From Eledone cirrhosa (Eukaryota): a DNA stretch of 64,000 bases. Shown in pieces: positions 63,001-64,000 of the stretch. How positions within the stretch are numbered: the first letter of the stretch is position 1; each line of letters starts with the position of its first letter. A program made the position numbers and the translations under genes. The stretch is from contig OZ024744.1 in assembly GCA_964016885.1 (NCBI GenBank), positions 25,730,001 to 25,794,000 on the forward strand, given 5' to 3'. Below the pieces are notes generated by a model. That model searched no databases. It was not told the DNA's origin and saw nothing but the letters and a program-made list of their open reading frames with translations.

Positions 63001-64000
63001 CTCTCCCCTATATCTCCCTACTAACTCTCTCTCCCCTATATCTCCCTACTAACTCTCTCTCCACTATATCTCCCTAGTAACTCTCTCTCCCCTATTTCTC
63101 CCTACTAACTCTCTCTCCCCTATATCTCCCTACTAACTCACTCTCCCCTATATCTCCCTACTAACGCTCTCTCCCCTATATCTCCCTACTAATTCTCTCT
63201 CCCCTATATCTCCCTACTAACTCTCTATCCCCTATATCTCCCTACCAACTCTCTCTACCCTATATCTCCCTACTAAATCTCTCTCCTCTATATCTACCTA
63301 CAAACTCTCTCTCCACTATATCTCCCTACCTACTCTCTCTCCCCTATATCTTCCTACTAACTCTCTCTCCCCTATATCTCCCTACTAACTATCTCTCCCC
63401 CCTATATATCCCTACTAACTCTCTCTCCCACATATATCCCTAACTACTCTCTCTCCCCTATATCTTCCTACTAAATCTCTCTCTCCCCTATATCTCCCTA
63501 CATATTCTCTCCCCTCCTATATCTCCCTACTAAATCTCTCTCCCCTATATGTCCCTACTAACACTCTCTCCCCTATATCTCCCTACTAACTCCCTCTCTC
63601 CTATATCTCCCAACTAACTGTCTCTCTCCCCCATATCTCCCTACTAACTCTCTCTCCCCTATATCTCCCTACTAACACTCTCTCCCTTATATCTCCCTGC
63701 TAACACTCTCTCTCCCCTATGTCTCCCTACTAACTCTCTCTCTCACCTATAGCTCCCTACTAACTCTCTCTCCCCTATATCTCCCAACTAACTCCCTCTC
63801 TCCCCTATATCTCCCTACTAACTCTCTCTCTCCCCTATATCTCCCTACTAACAATCTCTCCCCTATATCTCCCTACTAAGTCTCTCTCCCCTATATCTCC
63901 CTACTAACTCTCTCTCCATATATCTACCTACTAACTCACTCTCCCCTATATCTCCCTACTAACTCTCTCTCCCCTATATCTCCCTACTAACTCTCTCTCC
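33041..64000 (+). repeat. 28-bp tandem satellite, consensus TATATCTCCCTACTAACTCTCTCTCCCC (26-30 bp variants via CT number), about 1,100 units, runs off the right edge
   Basis: TACTAAC recurs every 28 nt (e.g. 37883, 37911); + strand nearly G-free; stop codons recur on both strands. Confidence 0.98.
40800..57000 (+). repeat. Higher-order repeat of about 4.05 kb (about 145 monomers) with a 2.5-kb partial copy in the 28-mer array
   Basis: G of AACTGTCTCTCCCA at 42228/46271/48754/52820 (offsets 4043, 2483, 4066); AGATC at 44141/50718/54784 (offsets 6577, 4066). Boundaries approximate. Confidence 0.85.

Noticed and set aside
1-64000. Canonical telomeric arrays (TTAGGG or TTAGG)
   Set aside because: These motifs occur only as rare variants, and the arrays show satellite-type higher-order structure.

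Overview
Eukaryotic-type, almost entirely non-coding window dominated by two satellite arrays of opposite strand polarity. 1-28148 is a degenerate 10-bp satellite (GGTTGTTAGT)n, about 2,800 units, almost C-free on +. About 30982-64000 is a 28-bp satellite (TATATCTCCCTACTAACTCTCTCTCCCC)n, about 1,170 units, almost G-free on +. Both share the core ACTAAC/GTTAGT in inverted orientation and both show kb-scale higher-order repeats. Between them is a ~2.8-kb island: a CpG-rich unique stretch with a candidate minus-strand exon, an A/GA-rich tract, a CTACTGATTGTC-(CT)n minisatellite, a short unique stretch, G12-TGA-G12 and an AAC-type microsatellite. The most striking structure is a 144-bp copy of the exact 10-mer/28-mer junction present twice (28035-28178 and 32927-33070, 2 mismatches, 4,892 bp apart), bracketing the island. 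No gene, RNA gene, CRISPR array or coding mobile element can be supported, and the organism cannot be identified from this window. Coordinates and offsets were counted by eye.
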